64,000 bases of DNA from Phoronis australis (GCA_002633005.1 NMRA01000146.1:369981-433980); one strand, 5' to 3'; counted from the stretch's first letter, positions 38,224-53,162 are shown. Numbers and translations are program-made. The notes: generated from the letters alone by a model not told the origin.

Positions 38224-41200
38224 ATTTATTTAATTATTAAGAGTCACTGCATGAGAACGTCAGACGATTTGCAACATTTTGGGAACATGACATGTCACGA
38301 ATTTTAAGTTTGATATAGTACACATAACACTTGGGGTGAAGTAGCTACAAAAGTATAGAAGTTAGATTCTTTCATTCGTCACTTTGTAAATATATAACGA
38401 ATGACTAAATCGGGTGAGAATTTTGCAGTTACCCCTTATTCGCGAATATTGAAAATGCTCTATGTTTCCATGGGAATTAAACCACTTTGCAAGCGTTTCA
38501 AAATAAAAATTTGATTGAGTCATACACTACTATCCCTTTTGAAGTTGAGAATGTCAATAATAAAGCAGAATAACGTATTTTGATATTTTTTAGGAACTGA
38601 TTTCTTTGTTTGCGAAAACCGAGTTTGATTTGTCGGAACGGGGATCGGCTTACAATTAGATGTGTGAGTGGTGTTCACGATTGTTTTGACAATTGTTGTT
38701 CAGGTAGCCTGATAATGGACTAGATAACATACACTATCTTATTGATGTTTGTATTCTTAGGTGTAAAAATACAGGCAGCTAGTACCCAAACAGCAGGAGA
38801 GTCATACTGCGCAATGGGGTGAGCTCTGAAATCAGCGTAAAGGTCTGAAATAATGACTGAAAACGTACAGATATTTTTGACTGATGCGTTCAACAAACTC
38901 GTGAAAACTGGTCAAAAATCGATCCAGTGAGGTGTTCTCAACAAACGAGAACTGCAGGACACAATCATAGAACTTCTGTTGGAATATCTTGAGCAGTGCC
39001 CATGCAGATCGTAATAAACAGTGTTACTGTATTCTTGTTATTATTACTACATTGGATTTATTTATTATAGTGACATGAGCCAGGGTGCCAGTAAACACAA
39101 TCTCAAAGACAGAATATTCACCACACACCCCAGCCTCAAAGGGCTTACTCAGTCACCTAGTGATAATTTAACCATTACATAACATAACGTATTGCACATG
39201 CTCAAATATGACCACTTCAGACTAGTTTATAAACAAAAACTTACTTCTAAGCTGCAAAGCGTCTTGAATGAAATTCGCTGGTCCTTTTAAGTTATTTTGG
39301 TATATTTGAGGTAGGGCAGAATTCCGTATTCTTGTTATGTACTTAATCGTGTGTCTAGTGCTAAAAAGTAATAATGCTAGTGACTTTGATTCCATGATAC
39401 TTTCTGTAAAATTACTTCTCATGCCGAGAGTGTCCCTTTAGCTGTCGTTTCCAGGTTATTTGTAAACATTAATATACAGTACAAGCCAAATGTACTCCGA
39501 CAAAATAACCCGGAATTCCTTGCCATCACACAACTGGAACAGAATCAGAATTCGTCATCAAAGTATTCTTCCTCTGAGAATGAAGGGAAACAGGAAAGTT
39601 AGTATGGTGGCGAAGACATTCTGCAATTAACCGCCGTAATATTTATTACCGGTTATCTTTGCATTAACAGTCAACTGGGACAAAGATTTATATTGCCCGA
39701 TTACTTTTGCTTTTTTCTGTATGACTGTTTGCATGCATGCAAACTTTGTGTGTAGGCTCATTATGCTGTCATCCCCGTCTTTTGGTCTGGCATTCGCTGC
39801 TGCCTCTCCAAACCCTTGATGAATGTGAAATTTTACAGATGGGATGACACAAGAGAGTTTTGGGATATATTTGACTATCAATGCGTCCCTAGTGGCAACT
39901 TTACTTCTTCATGTTAGTCTCTTTATCTAGCATGCTCCTTGACTGATTTTCATCAAATTTCGCAAATAGGTTTCAGTTATGGAGACAACCACACTTTCCC
40001 ATTTCCTGGCGTACCTAGGTACCTGTAAGCTGTACAGAAATATAACTTGATATCGACACTGATTGTTGATTGGACGATCTCTTATGGTGCCCCCTAATTG
40101 CAATTCAGGTTTTCTTTGAGTATGCCTCTATTCTACCAAGTTTCTCGTGCAATATGCTAAATTTGTTTCTGTTGAGGAAACGAGAAAAAAATGCCAATTT
40201 CGGCTGGATTTAAAATATTACATGCCACTAAATGTTACTATTTCTGGCACCAGCCTCTCTGTCCTTTAAAGTGCTTGGAGAATAGTTATGGAATTTTGCT
40301 CATTCGTTCCTATTGAGATGATCACGACAGGCAAGTTTTCTGATGGGTGCAATCACTGAGGCGCCCGGAGTGGCGATTTGTTTGTTTATCTGCGCCGCAA
40401 TATCTACAAAGTTCTTGTGATGAATCTGGGTCAAATTTGGTGTATGTGTTACATTATTGAGGAGAGTACGCCCGACATCAATTTTAGGACATGTCTGAGT
40501 GCCGTGGCGTCATCTAGTGGTTCTGTATCAACCAAAGATCTTGATGTATGGGATTTGGCAAATAGTTGTCAATAATATAACAAGGATTTGTCTTGTTTTA
40601 GATAAATATAATATATGCTGCACCACCTAATGTTTTTTATTTTATATATTACATATTATTAACACCCCGGGAAGCATACTGTGAGAGGTGAAATCTTGGG
40701 CGCTTTGCAGTCCACCTGTTTTTGTATGATGTTGACAAAAATTGCAGAGTGATGTAGACTATGGTTTCCTTTTTACCTCTTTTGAGCAATGATCTCGATC
40801 TCCGAAACTTGCTATTGACAACCAGCTTTAACACACACACTAACGTGTATACTACACATATGAACTATGATCAATTTCCAGGTGGGGAACTAAAGTGTCA
40901 TATCCATAGCTCGATGTCAACCACGACCAAAGGCTACGTTGTACAAATTTCCTGTGTAATAAATACGGCACTGAAGTGTTTTTCTATGTGCTGCAAGTCA
41001 GATTTTCCATGAGTTTTAGACAATAAATACACAAAACGTACCGAGCGTGGCGTACATGAAATGATATCCCACGAGACATTATTCCTCGTATCGACCGAGA
41101 CCGAATTCGTGAGTTTCTTTTGTTTTCTTTCAGCATTTTATAAATACTTCACCATGACTGTTTACGTGGCTAATCACAACCTGTTGTGTATGTACGTGCG

Positions 41201-44200
41201 GGTTATGTTGCTAACTTACTATAGTAAAAGAAAACAGTTTTAAATGTAACGGTTTATTACTTGAAATTAATAAAAAGTGTGAAGACGACAGTTATCGTGC
41301 ATTGAACTTGTATCGTATTTCAAAAATAAACGATAAGAATATTCATAACATTGTAAAATCCTCATCGAGTAGCTGCACTCATTCATGAAACTAGGTCATT
41401 GACCGGAGCTTGTAGCCTACATGTCGTCTGCTTTCACGAAAATATTATAAGTGCCACCATAGATATTAGTAAAGAGATTCGCCACTCCGTGAAGTCTCGC
41501 GGCCTAACGCAAAAGTACGTGAGCAGGATTCAAAACTTCCGGTCTCATGGATAAGCGTAGTAACGAAGGTGAACTTTGGTTATTATTTCGCGCACGTTAA
41601 GCAAATTTTTGAGTTTGAATGTATTTGTTGTGTTTAATGCAAACTAAATCGCTTATGCGAGCCATTCAAGTCGGATTATTGCTACGAAACGTGTCGGAAT
41701 TAACTTGACAAGTTGTTGTTGATCGGTCCGCCTGCTGGCACAGTTCAAGACACGAATGGAGGAGTTTGGCCCAATGAAAAGGTTGAGCTAAATGGATAAT
41801 TCTTTTCACCAGTTGAATTCTCAGTCATTTACGATGAAATTTAGTTTCAATTTGGTGATTTTGTATCAATTTTGGATCGACCTAAATGCAGTTTCTCATT
41901 CGTCACTATGTTTACAATACATGAGCCATGGTTTACCAATATACAGTATGCAAAATTCAGCAAGAGCGAAATTTTGTCATTTTTCATGATTTTCAGAAGG
42001 TCATAAATATTAGCATGATGAAAGGTGGTGGAAAATGAAAAGCATGCCATCGAAATATTTAAACTTTCTTCTTTATATTGATATCCATTTCAACAAATGG
42101 GGGCATTCATGAATATTTTTAAAAATCGAAGGACTGCAGCACTTGAAAAGGGTGTTTTTGTATTCGTTCTCAGAAATGTATGCAACAGTTTATGTAATGT
42201 TGTTATTTTTTTCCTGTTTGTTATTGTAAAAATCCCTATGCATATTTGTGTTGTCATTTTTCACTTACCAATTGTAAAGTAAGGCAGGGGAATCCCAGAC
42301 CCCTGTTACTTACTCATTGGAACTGGGAAAATAAAAAAATGAAAAATGTCTGTTCTGTTTGTTCTGTGCTATCTGATAACCATTAAAAATAAGGCTGACA
42401 GAACACCTTTCATAACCCGAGTCTTTACCTCTCATGTTCTCTCTACTTCAAATTTTGTGGTATTTTGTTTCAGTTGGTGGTTTCATTTCATGTTATAACT
42501 TTTTTTTTCTGCAGGCAAAAATGTAACACTTGAAACTGAATTCCCTTCACTGTGTATAAAGTGCAAAAACTTAATTAAAAGAAAATATACTATACAAGTT
42601 TCCTACAGTGCCAACTGGTCCTTCCAAATTTTGACTTTTTCAATTCAATCGCTGGTTATCTCCACTACTCAATAGTGGCACTGATTCTGCTGTGGCAATT
42701 AAACATTCACGCTCAATGCGATACTGAAAATTAGCTCATTTTTTGTTAAAAAGCCATAGAAGAGTCCTGGGGGAAAAGTTCACTTTCACAAAATCACGTT
42801 CCAGATACAACTCTTCGTTTCGTATTAGTTTATAGATATTCTATGTATTTGTAACATTTAGATTATGTTCAGAAGCTGAAAGATAAGAATAGACATTAGG
42901 TCTTAATGAGCATGCCCACCTTCAAAATCATAAGTATCACTGTGGCGAATATGTCTACACAGTCGACATGGAGAGCATGATGAGCCGCTATTGAAAATAT
43001 TGAGAGTCCTTTTTGATTACGTTTACGAAACCCATTTTGAATGAGCAGCAAACAGGGTCATGCTGCACTTGTTAGCGCGACATTCTTGTTACCCTCTCCA
43101 TTTGTCAGTCTTTGCAGTATTTCACACCTGCTGTGTACCATTGCATATTTGATTAGCTTTTACTTTGTGGTGGTATTACTGAGTCATTTTATTTCCACTT
43201 GATGAAGCAAGTATTTTCGAAATATCGTTTGTATCTTGGTCAGTTCCTTTACCAATGTTCTGACGATACGAACAGAATCATTGAATAAAGATTATTAACA
43301 GCAACAACTGTCATGTATAGAACCAATTTTGCATAATCGTAGCTATGTTGCCTTACAATGTACTTTTGGCCTATGATAGTAGTGACAGCAAGTTTGTGAC
43401 ACACAAGTTTTTGACACTCAAGTTTTGCAAATGATATGTCAATGTCAGTTAGCCTAAGGCCCTTCCCCCTAGCTGGAACAAAGCTGTGTGAATTACAAAT
43501 ATTTATAGTGTAACATTGTGACAAATTCATTTTTGTTGGTTTATACTTGTGCTTATGATTATGAGCTGATTCGTACGGTACTCAATTTAAACAAACATCA
43601 ATACTAATTGCAACAAAAAATCAGCTGGTGCGACTGTGTAAGTGTAAATACGGGAAAATCAGCTGAAGACGTTTCTGGCGTTAATAACTCATAACATGTC
43701 TGAATTATCTTGTTAATATTTTAAATGACATGACAGAGAACAGTATACGGATTTTATTTTTACAAGTCTTAAAAACTCCAAAAAATCAAGCAATTCGACT
43801 CATTACTTTACCAAACCTTGAACCGAGGGAACGACCGTTCCGTAAAACCGGACGTTTTCTATCCTGCGTGTGCAGCGCCCTCTCATCGTTAGTGCTTTTG
43901 TCCCTTGGTCCCTGACATGCTCAACCCGCTCTAACGGCATTTGGCAGTCCCTATCTATAGTCTATGGTGCCACCGTTGATGACAGCTCCGGCGAATCTGT
44001 CTATTGTAGCGTTGTTGCAGGTACGTAGTCGCATTTCTACGGATGCTGTAGCCTTGCTACAAAGCTGTATACTAAATATACGACAACCTGTTGATACAGT
44101 TAGCTGGCTGGCCACGTATTCTGTAGCGTGGATAGGCTTAGGTGTTGCTGGGACGGTCGTCGTTGCTGCTTGTGTATCGGGTGCTGTCATGGCCAGTGAC

Positions 44201-44215
44201 AACAATGTTTCATAT

Positions 44216-44821
44216 GCAGAATGGTGAATGTTGGCCAAATCCCCTTTTGTCCACTGACGTCACAAGCACACTGGCGTCCCCAGTGGAGGCCCTGAGAACT
44301 CGTAAACAAGCATGCTGGCGACTGTTATTAAAGTATTTTTAATGATTTTTCCAGAGTCGATATGCTTTAGTGTGATTTTTAAATAATGTTGCATGTCATA
44401 CCTCTCAGAAAATTAATATTGTTCCAATAAATTAAGAAAATTGGAATATTCATTCTCGCGATCCTGCAACACCATCTAAATGTTCTTCTGTGTTACACAC
44501 GGCAAAGCCAAAGTTTTATCCCCACGCGAAATAGCCTCGTTTACGCTCGACTAAAAAGGAATCTTTCAATCATAATTAATTGATACTATATACCATTCAT
44601 TATTATATACCATGCATTATGTTTTTAGAAAAAAACGATACCCAACGTCCCACATTAAGTACATGTCTGTTCTCCAGCTTGGCTCGGCCGTTGCTAGGCT
44701 GGATACTACCGGGTTCCTGAAATCGCTTTATTTACGAGTTTTCAGGACCTCGACTGGGAGCGCCAGTATGCTTGTGACGTCAGTGGACAAAAGGGGATTT
44801 GGCCAACATTCACCATTCTGC
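44216..44821. mobile_element. MITE with ~95-bp TIRs
   Basis: gcagaatggtgaatgttggccaaatccccttttgtccactgacgtcacaagca is exactly inverted at the right end. Confidence 0.9.
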
Positions 44822-45069
44822 GTTTTAGTCGGTGGGCCAGATCTCGTAGCGTTCATCCTTGTGAGTACTTTGGGGGGGCAACCTAGTTTTTTTCTATGTG
44901 GCTAGATAATATACCTATAAATCAAATTCCAAAAAGTTCCCACGTCTACACTAGCACATTTTTTTAAAAAAGGTGTTTTTGTTGCACAAAATATGATGCA
45001 CATTCCTGCCACTTGGTGGCGCTTTTCTATTGAATTGACCAATCGGAGAGCCAGATTGTATTGTTGTGC

Positions 45070-46860
45070 TTAGTTACTTCAATATGGCTGCTCCCATGGA
45101 GTGTGATGCCTGTATAATTCAAGGTTTATCAAACAGCACAAAATTGTGGTGTCAGAGCCTAAAGAAGCTTAGGAAAGCTCCCTGACGAAAGCTGATTGAC
45201 TGTGGAACTCTGTAGATCAGTAGATCAAAAAGAAGAAGAGGTGTCACAAACGTTTGTGCAGAAAAAAGCTGCATGTCCTGGTAGCCTACACAGTATACTG
45301 CTGAGTGCTGTAGACTAGAAGACCAAGTGTCAGACCAAAAAATTGAATGGACATAGAACGGCATAGCAACGTTTCAAGGCACCAACAGTAGTACTAAAGC
45401 TGAAGTTGCTGAAAGGGATACAGATGTTATCCAAGATTTCCCAAGAAAATCAATTATACTTCCAAAATCTGAAACACCCAATTAACCTGAACAAGATAGG
45501 AACATTCTGAAACATGAGTGCATCAGTTGTTAGCAGGAAAAGTACATTATGGCCACATTTCAAGAAAGAGAAAGAAGTATAGCTTTCAAAAACAGGTACG
45601 TGTTTTTTAAAAATACATCTTGGTGTTTTCCATGTGTGTTTCAGTATTATCACCATGAGTTCTTTTTTAACTTGTTCAGCCCATTGGCTGCCTAGGCCTT
45701 AGACAATACTGCTGACCCAGTAGAGACGATGATCATACCATAGGTACTTCATATGCCGGATATTTTTCGGCAAATTATGTTCCTATAAGTTTAGAAGTAC
45801 CGTGTAGAGAGATACTCTGAGGAGGTCGTTAATGTTTTCATTTGTTCCCAGTTTAAACAAATATTCCTGCAATCCTGTTTTTCGAACACTCAATTCAGTT
45901 GCCACATCAACACTGCTTGCGCTAAGGGATAATCCTATGGCGTTATACTGTGGGTGTGATTTTAAAGCACTTTAAGTCAAAAATTTTTGAGAGGGTTAAA
46001 TGGAGTAGATGGTTGCAAACAACATATGCCCAAGTGGCCGTCATCCCCTGCCGTAGTCTCAATGTTTTGTAAACATTAATTACTTAGGTAGCTGCAATGA
46101 TAATTAAATTAAAGTGCCCAAGTGGCCATCGTTGCCGTCGAAATTTGAGGACGATGGAAGCCACTGTCCATTTCGTCAAACGTCGATTACCTTAAGTGTA
46201 AATCGATTGACTATGGTTTGAGCATCTGATTTAAAAAAATTAAATTTCAATCACTGCACTGGTATATAAGCTGATTTATTTTCAGTTGCATCTACTGATC
46301 TAATTATTAGACGATCAATATTATTAGGCTACAGACAGCATGTAAATTAGTTAGGCTGGTGGTGGATCAGTTCCTGATAAGTCCGTCTGAAAAAGTTGCA
46401 TGCCAATTCACTCATAGTTGAGTGTTAAATTAGTGTTAACAGTTCGGGTTTTTTTCAGTTGGACTTGTATGGCAATCAACAGCTCATTCCAGAGCCCTGA
46501 ATATGCAAATGAAATTCAAAGATAAAGACCTTGTGTCTTAGAAGCCAAGTACCACAGATCATTATGCTATAAAAAATAGAAAGACACAACGATTGTGAAG
46601 AGTGACGAATTCACAGTTTTCCGAGATGTTTTTCTACAGTTTTTTGTGGAGTTCATTGAATCGAAGCTTCTAACACAAGGAGATGTCATTTGCCTTTCAA
46701 AACTAAAGCAAGACTTTGAAGCTGTTCTTCAGAAAGCTGGTGTGCATGAAGTTCTTTGGACAGGCAATCTTAAGAAATATTGTTGAAGCTACTCACTGTT
46801 GTAGTTTGTGCCTGACTAAGAGATACGAAAGTGAATTGAGGCTAGTGTTCAATAATTCAC
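45070..46860 (+). mobile_element. Decayed N-terminal part of a large DNA-transposon protein (Academ-like)
   Basis: KDLV.LEAKYH at ~46520-46560 (DLVAxEAKYH motif) followed by the helical ORF 46595-46786; boundaries uncertain. Confidence 0.4.
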
Positions 46861-49069
46861 TTGCTGACTCTAATTAACACAGCCCATTATAACATTTTTT
46901 GAATCAAACTTTTGCCAAAATAGTGCCCGCCTCCAAACAAGGACTTAGTGTTTGACCCTTCATTGCCTGCGGGCTAATCACCAGTGTGCAATGCTGTACC
47001 CTCTCGAATCGACCATAGTTGGCNTTTTCCGAAAGTTTGACGATCTAACCGGCTAACGAGGTCGAGTCGACATTGACCTACCTTTTGAACCTGCAATGTC
47101 CGAGGTCACTGTTGAAGTAGTGCGGTAGGTGAATATGGAAAACATTATTACATGGCCGTACTTCCCTCGACAGATTCAACGCGTATGCGATAAAACACCT
47201 AACTTCACCGATACCTTACTTAAAATAATTTGACATGTTTGTAGCATGTCTGTATTTCAAATCCGTTGCACTACTGCACGTACCCCTGTTGAAATTCTGG
47301 ATCTGCTAGTGGTTTACATCTGATGCTCAGATTAAGCAATTATATACCTAGCTCTATGTAGTATTTTCATATACATTCATATTGTGTTATGATGTTTTAT
47401 AATAACGGTTGGAATCTTCTGGTCCATTCTCACCTGAACCTGCAACGCTTCATGCGATCTACATGTAGGGTTCAGTCCTTTACTTTGCAATCAACATCAC
47501 TAAAAAGGAAGTCATTGTGATGATTGTAAAATACCTATCTGAAACGTTGCTTCAAGAACTGTTGAGCGGAGGTTGACGAAAACTCTCTTATATAGAAATA
47601 GCAAAAGCCATTATACGTGTTTCTTGTATTGATTAGTAAGCAAAAATGTAGGATTTCTTAAAGTTACACGCTTGGGCCCACCCTAAAATATTGACTTGTA
47701 ACTACGTTTTATTTGTTCAACAGGAGGTTCATTTTTACAACTCGGTAAACCGGTGATCAATCTGATGAGCAACAGAAAAATTGCTACCCGCAAGATTTAC
47801 ACCTTTACAGGATAAGTGCTCCTTCGATACTTAAAGCGTATAGTTTGCAATAACCAATCAATCAAGTATGATTTTTGGATTGCTTCGTGTTAATATGCGT
47901 TCCCATTTTTCGGAACCACTTAACGTTACTAGACGTCAAGCGGACATTACAGGGCCGCCAGTTGTCATCGTTTTGATGCCGTAATTTCAACTTTCATTAT
48001 AGAGTTCTGAGCACCAGCTGCAAGAATTTTAAAGTTATTTAAATTTCGAGCTTTGGGAAACCTTAATGATTTTGCTGACATCGTTGGTTGTTTAATGGGA
48101 GTGTGACAGTAATGGTGAACAGGACAACCGATATCAGCAAAGTGGGTGGTTTCAATCAAAGCATGCAGGACACACAGGTCACTGTCCACGAATGTTTTAA
48201 TATGTGTGTACTCTACAGAGGCTCAGCTTTCGCATGTAGTATGACACTTTTCTGAGTGATTTTGCGCCGCAAAAGAAATAACGATCGAATGAAAGCCAAT
48301 TCCACCAGTTACACACATTGTCTTAGGTGGATTTAAAAAGTAACGAAAATAGCTTATTTGCGAATACGTTTCAACTATGACTTTGACATTTTCACTTTCA
48401 CACAATTTGTGTTTAATCAGTATGCCATTCTTAGCTTCTGTTAATTTGTCGTTGTTGCACAGTGACGCAACAAAAATGCTAACATTTTGATGGTTTCTGA
48501 AGCTATAAACTAGCCAAAAATTGCTAAGGGGCAGTTATCTGTGAAGAAGTCAAATATTTCAAATAGAACTATTTTAGGTGTTGGTCATTCCGCCTAAGAG
48601 TAAAACTAAGCTATATTTAAAAAAAAATCCGTGACATTTTATGTTTCCGCATATGCCTGACTTTCTCCTGCACTGACTCATAAGTTTTTGTAACACACAT
48701 TTATTTCCTTTCCATCGAATTCAGGTAAAATCTGTTGCCAAAATATCCACTCATGTCGGTAGCGGACGAAATCTTTTGATCTCCAAAAGGAGATAGCAAG
48801 GCTACTTCCCGTCAATGTGAGTCAGGGCTGGTGTAATGAATAAGCCAATAATTCCATCAGAATTACATATTTTTCTAGTAAATGTTGTTTTTAATGCCAC
48901 AAATGATTATATTTTACTGAAAAATAATTGAGTGTGTGAAATTTATTAGGAAAATTTAACCAAGGCCTTTTCTGGAAAACACCACTTTTCCAGTGAGGCA
49001 TGGAATATGTTGCAATCTGCCATAGTTTTGGTCACATCACGTGACCTAATGAATGCAAGTCCAAAATGA

Positions 49070-49350
49070 TTTCTACCCCGACCGGGTCTCGAACACAGGA
49101 CCTTCTGCTAACCGTGCAGACGCTCTAGCCACTGAGAAATCGGGACAACTGGTCAAACGCATAGATCCAATCAGACTTAGTAGTGGTCATCTTACCCATG
49201 ATCACATTTTTACATCTGTCTTGAAGAAACTCATCCCCATCATCGTAGGCTCCGTCAGCTTCGTCATTCAGCCAATCGGGGCTGAGTACCGTAGACACTA
49301 GAATCTTGCGAATACCTTCAGGTGACGAACTCATATCGTGATCCATGCCG
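49070..49350 (-). mobile_element. tRNA-derived SINE-like repeat
   Basis: Minus strand reads ctcagtggctagagcg...gtgttcgagacccggtcggggt (A and B boxes). Confidence 0.5.
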
Positions 49351-50237
49351 TTGTTATTTTGTTGCTTAATTAAAAGCGGTTGCTTTCATGCAATTCCCAA
49401 CTCAGAAACCCACCCTAGATTCAAATTTAGTGTAAGGTAAGGTTAATAAGAGGTGAGAAAGTTTTAGTCAATCGTTTTGTTGTTACTTCCGTGCTCTCGC
49501 GTTGACGTAATGTGCTGTAAAAATGCTAATCAATGTGTGATTTGACGTTCATGCCGCGTTTGCTTGTGCTATTATTCTTGTTTTCGTGAATTGCTTAAAC
49601 ATTACTTGCTCCGTAGCTATAAAATAACGAAAATGCTTAAAAGGAGGGCTTTAATGTGGCCTGGTTCTTCTAAGCAATAGTTCATCAGTACTTATAAAAT
49701 AACACTATTAGATTGGGTTTAGGCTTTAATTACGTCTGGTTTTTACTAAGCATGAGGTAAAATCACACATGGTGCATGGTTTTCCAAATTGTGTTCTAGG
49801 CAATGGTTGGCTCGTGGTTTTCAGACATCGGAATTGACTAGTGGCTTTAGTTCCTGTTGGTGTGTGTGTATCCATTTAAAATGTGGCCTTGACAGGCTGA
49901 GTGAGGTTGAATGTTCATGTAGAGGTATTGCAAATCAGCGCACGCGAAGAGCTACAATGTACGTGCCCACCTGGTTGCCGGGAGTGAGCGATAGCTGACT
50001 TGACACCTCCAAAGGCGTGAAATTACGGTAAAGTTTGATTGAACTAGCGATCAGATCTCATAAAAACAAGATACTCGCTATTTCGTTCAATTGTTCTCCA
50101 CATGAGTGCTGACAGCGCAGCTATCGTTCACTCACGAGTCAGCCAGCCGAGTCATCTGGTATCGCTCCCTCTGCGCTGGCTCTCGTAAACGAGGGGGATG
50201 ATATTTGCTAGGTGGTGCTAATGAAAAATGGACCCTT

Positions 50238-50243
50238 TTTATT
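50238..50243 (-). terminator. Candidate polyadenylation signal of gene C
   Basis: AATAAA on the minus strand ~1.65 kb after the stop codon, following a repeat-poor stretch. Confidence 0.25.
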
Positions 50244-51897
50244 CACATAGATTGATTTCAAATCAGTTTTAACTGTGGATAACAGCAAGGGGGCGTTCAA
50301 TGACAAAGTGCCCCATTTGGTAATCGAGGTTATTAAACCTGGGGCCGGACTCACTTCTACCTTCGAAAGAATTTTACACACCTCTAAAGTCTCAATAAGT
50401 GAGCATTGATTGCTAATTGTGTAAAATAATGCAGAGAATGGACGTTGTATTTTACCTTGCCATTAAGTCTTGACAATGATGCACTTCTCAAATATCGATG
50501 AGGCCCGCCAAATGACCCCAGTACAAGGGTCACCGCAGACAGATGTATTAGAGCCGAGCAACTGCCTCAAGCGAGCGATATCTGAGCCCATGACAGGTCA
50601 CGTCAAGGCGTGAGAATGCGACAACAGAAGAATAAACTGGTCGCTAATTCACTCGTCCGTGCATTATCAGCACACCAGTTGTTGATTTTAGGCTCGCGGC
50701 TCAGTTTCAGCACGTTTCTGTCTACGGTGGTCTGAGCTACTAAAACATGGACTTCCGCAGAGAATGTAGTCAAAAGCTCACTTTTGTCATTTAATTTTGG
50801 TTTTTCAGGACAGTCCACATTGGTAAAGAGTGTGGAGCGGTTGTCAAGCACAGCCAAACAGTGTGTTGCACATTTTTCATGCAAATTAATTTTGATAACT
50901 CTTTAGGGGAGGCTGGTGAATAGTTACCCGTCAGTTATCACCTGGAGAACACGTGATTGTCAGTGGAAGCCTACTTAAGGGAAGGTTTGCCAGAGTTTTC
51001 TACGTCACTGGCTGTCAAATTCACCAAAACATCACCAAACCCCGACTTCATTTTCTTGAGTTTGAAAACAAGAATCTGTTAGAATCTGTCAAAGTTGACG
51101 TTTTCTCTACCCCGAGCAGGTTACGGATTTCTATCTTTTGGCTTCAAGTCGTCGACCGATTTTATAAGATTGATTGCCTCAGCCCTATTGCGTGGAACAG
51201 GCTTAGTTATGGTTAGACAGATTTTTAGACGAAAGATAAGAGATTCTTTGGTTGACGAACATCCCTCTCCCCACTCCGTGTTGGATTAAGATCCGTTCAC
51301 ACAGGTGAACTCCATCAAACGTTAGCTCAGCAACATGACTTAAGTTTTGATAAGTTTGGAAACCAGTTCATGCTAGCAACAAATAAGGAGGATGCCATTT
51401 GGTTATTATTCACCAAACTCCACCAGTGTTCAAATTAATGTGCATGACCAAACTTCAGCACGTTAAGTGGATCGTGTCTGCAAGCCATCCAAACAGGAAA
51501 CTTTTGTCGGCAGACTTGGCCAAAATCAGGGTTGGGTTTTTTGCAAAGTTTACACAAAATGCCGATCTGGACGTGTCTTTCAAATCCATCGTGCGCATGC
51601 GATGATGTACATATAACTTTGGAAATCTTGTGTTATAGAAAGGTTATAGGTCTTGCGAAACTTCCTCAGTAACTCAACAGTCCGGTCGCACCCACCAATT
51701 ACGTCAGTTTTGTTCATTCCTCTAGTAGTATGAACTTTCAACGTCGCGAGCTTACACACGAAACCCTAGTGTGATCTAGCTCTTCACTGCCGTGTCTTTC
51801 CTCAAAATTGCAAGAAACTAGCTTCACTAAACACTACGACACTCATGTGCGCACCCTTTTAGATGTTGGAATTTTGATGTAAATATTTGAATATACA

Positions 51898-53162
51898 TCA
51901 CTTTTTGCCCACTGGTGTGGGCCTGTATACAGAATTGTGACTTTCGGGCAAAACCCTAGCTGTTCCGAGCTTAGGACTGTTGACGGAACTAGACCGCTGC
52001 TTCCTTGATATTGACGACGACCTTCGGCAGCCGAAAATGCTAAGCTGTTGCTCCAAATTTGCTGGAGAGACAGGACCACTCACTTTACTCAGTTTGTAAG
52101 TTGCCGTGGCGTGAGCCCAAGCATAGAAGTAGTAGATGGTATTACTTGACTTTTTCACGTCTTTGTGGTTGTAATGACCCAGTATTTCTAGAGCCCGTGC
52201 TGCTATGGTGGGAGGTAGATTTTCAACGTTAAAATTTCTCAACCTCGATTGGAAATCATGGTCTTCATAACACTGTTGGAGACAACTGACCCAGTCTTTT
52301 GTTTTCCCTTCGTTCACTCCAAGAATCAGCAATGCTGCAACTAAAGTGTCGTGTATTGATCGAGTTGGAAATCTGTATCGTTGTAGCTCAGCAACACGCT
52401 GCCTGCTTATTGTCATCAACATTTTCGTGTAGCGATTCATGGTTCTGATGTGAACCAGCCTGTCGCTGGCCTCTTTGAAATCTTCTAACACATCAAATAA
52501 TCCCTGCCGGGCAGCCACGGCGATCATTCGTTTCATTCCCGCGTGATCCTTAGTTTTCTCCATGCCTTGAATTGTAGACTTAAGCGTAAGCGCCATGATC
52601 AATTTCTGAGATTGTCGGATCAGCTCCACGTCTTCATCCAGCTGTTCCCGTTTCATATGAGCTGCTGTTTTATTGTAGTTTGTCAGAGCCGCTTGGATTT
52701 TCTCGCGGTCCTTAGTTCCTTGACTTAACGTCAACGTTATTTTGTTGAGTTCGTGCTTCAGGCAATTGATATCGCCTAGTTTCTTCGGAGGTTCCACCTG
52801 CTGCCTGACATGTTCGCTTTTCTTATCAGCAACATTTGAGCAGGTGGACAGGAAACGTCCAAGCATGGTTCCATTGTCTATCACATGGAGTGCGTTGAGA
52901 ATTAGAGTGTGCTGTGTTATTGGTTCTGCAATCTTACCACGGGATTTCTTCCTTTCCTCTAGCATTTGTAGCAACTTGGCCACAACGTTGTCGAACTCTA
53001 CTTCTCCTTCAATTATTAGTTGTTTCGTCTCTGCCAGGTAAGCATTGCGCATGTGCCACACGAAAATGAAGACAAATGTGAAGCAGCAGATAACCAGGAC
53101 CAATGTAGTCAATGTCTTTGACTCTGTAACATCGACGACATGAGTCCAGAGGTATTCGGGCA
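51898..53162 (-). CDS. Terminal exon of receptor gene C: TM helix, helical region, dynein-stalk MTBD-like domain, Ser/Arg tail
   Basis: Acceptor ttgattgtAG in phase 1, in frame with the TSP1 exon; ~420 codons open. TM segment LTTLVLVICCFTFVFIFVW; MTBD-like VAELQRYRFP..IHDTLVAALLILG...W...FQSRLRNFNVENLP...VKKSS....FYAWA. Confidence 0.9.

Noticed and set aside
47965-48405. Short minus-strand ORFs as a viral or transposon protein
   Set aside because: No motif I can name and no splice support.
50250-51890. Short ORFs downstream of gene C as an additional gene
   Set aside because: Stops in the frames examined and no recognisable motifs; more plausibly 3' UTR.
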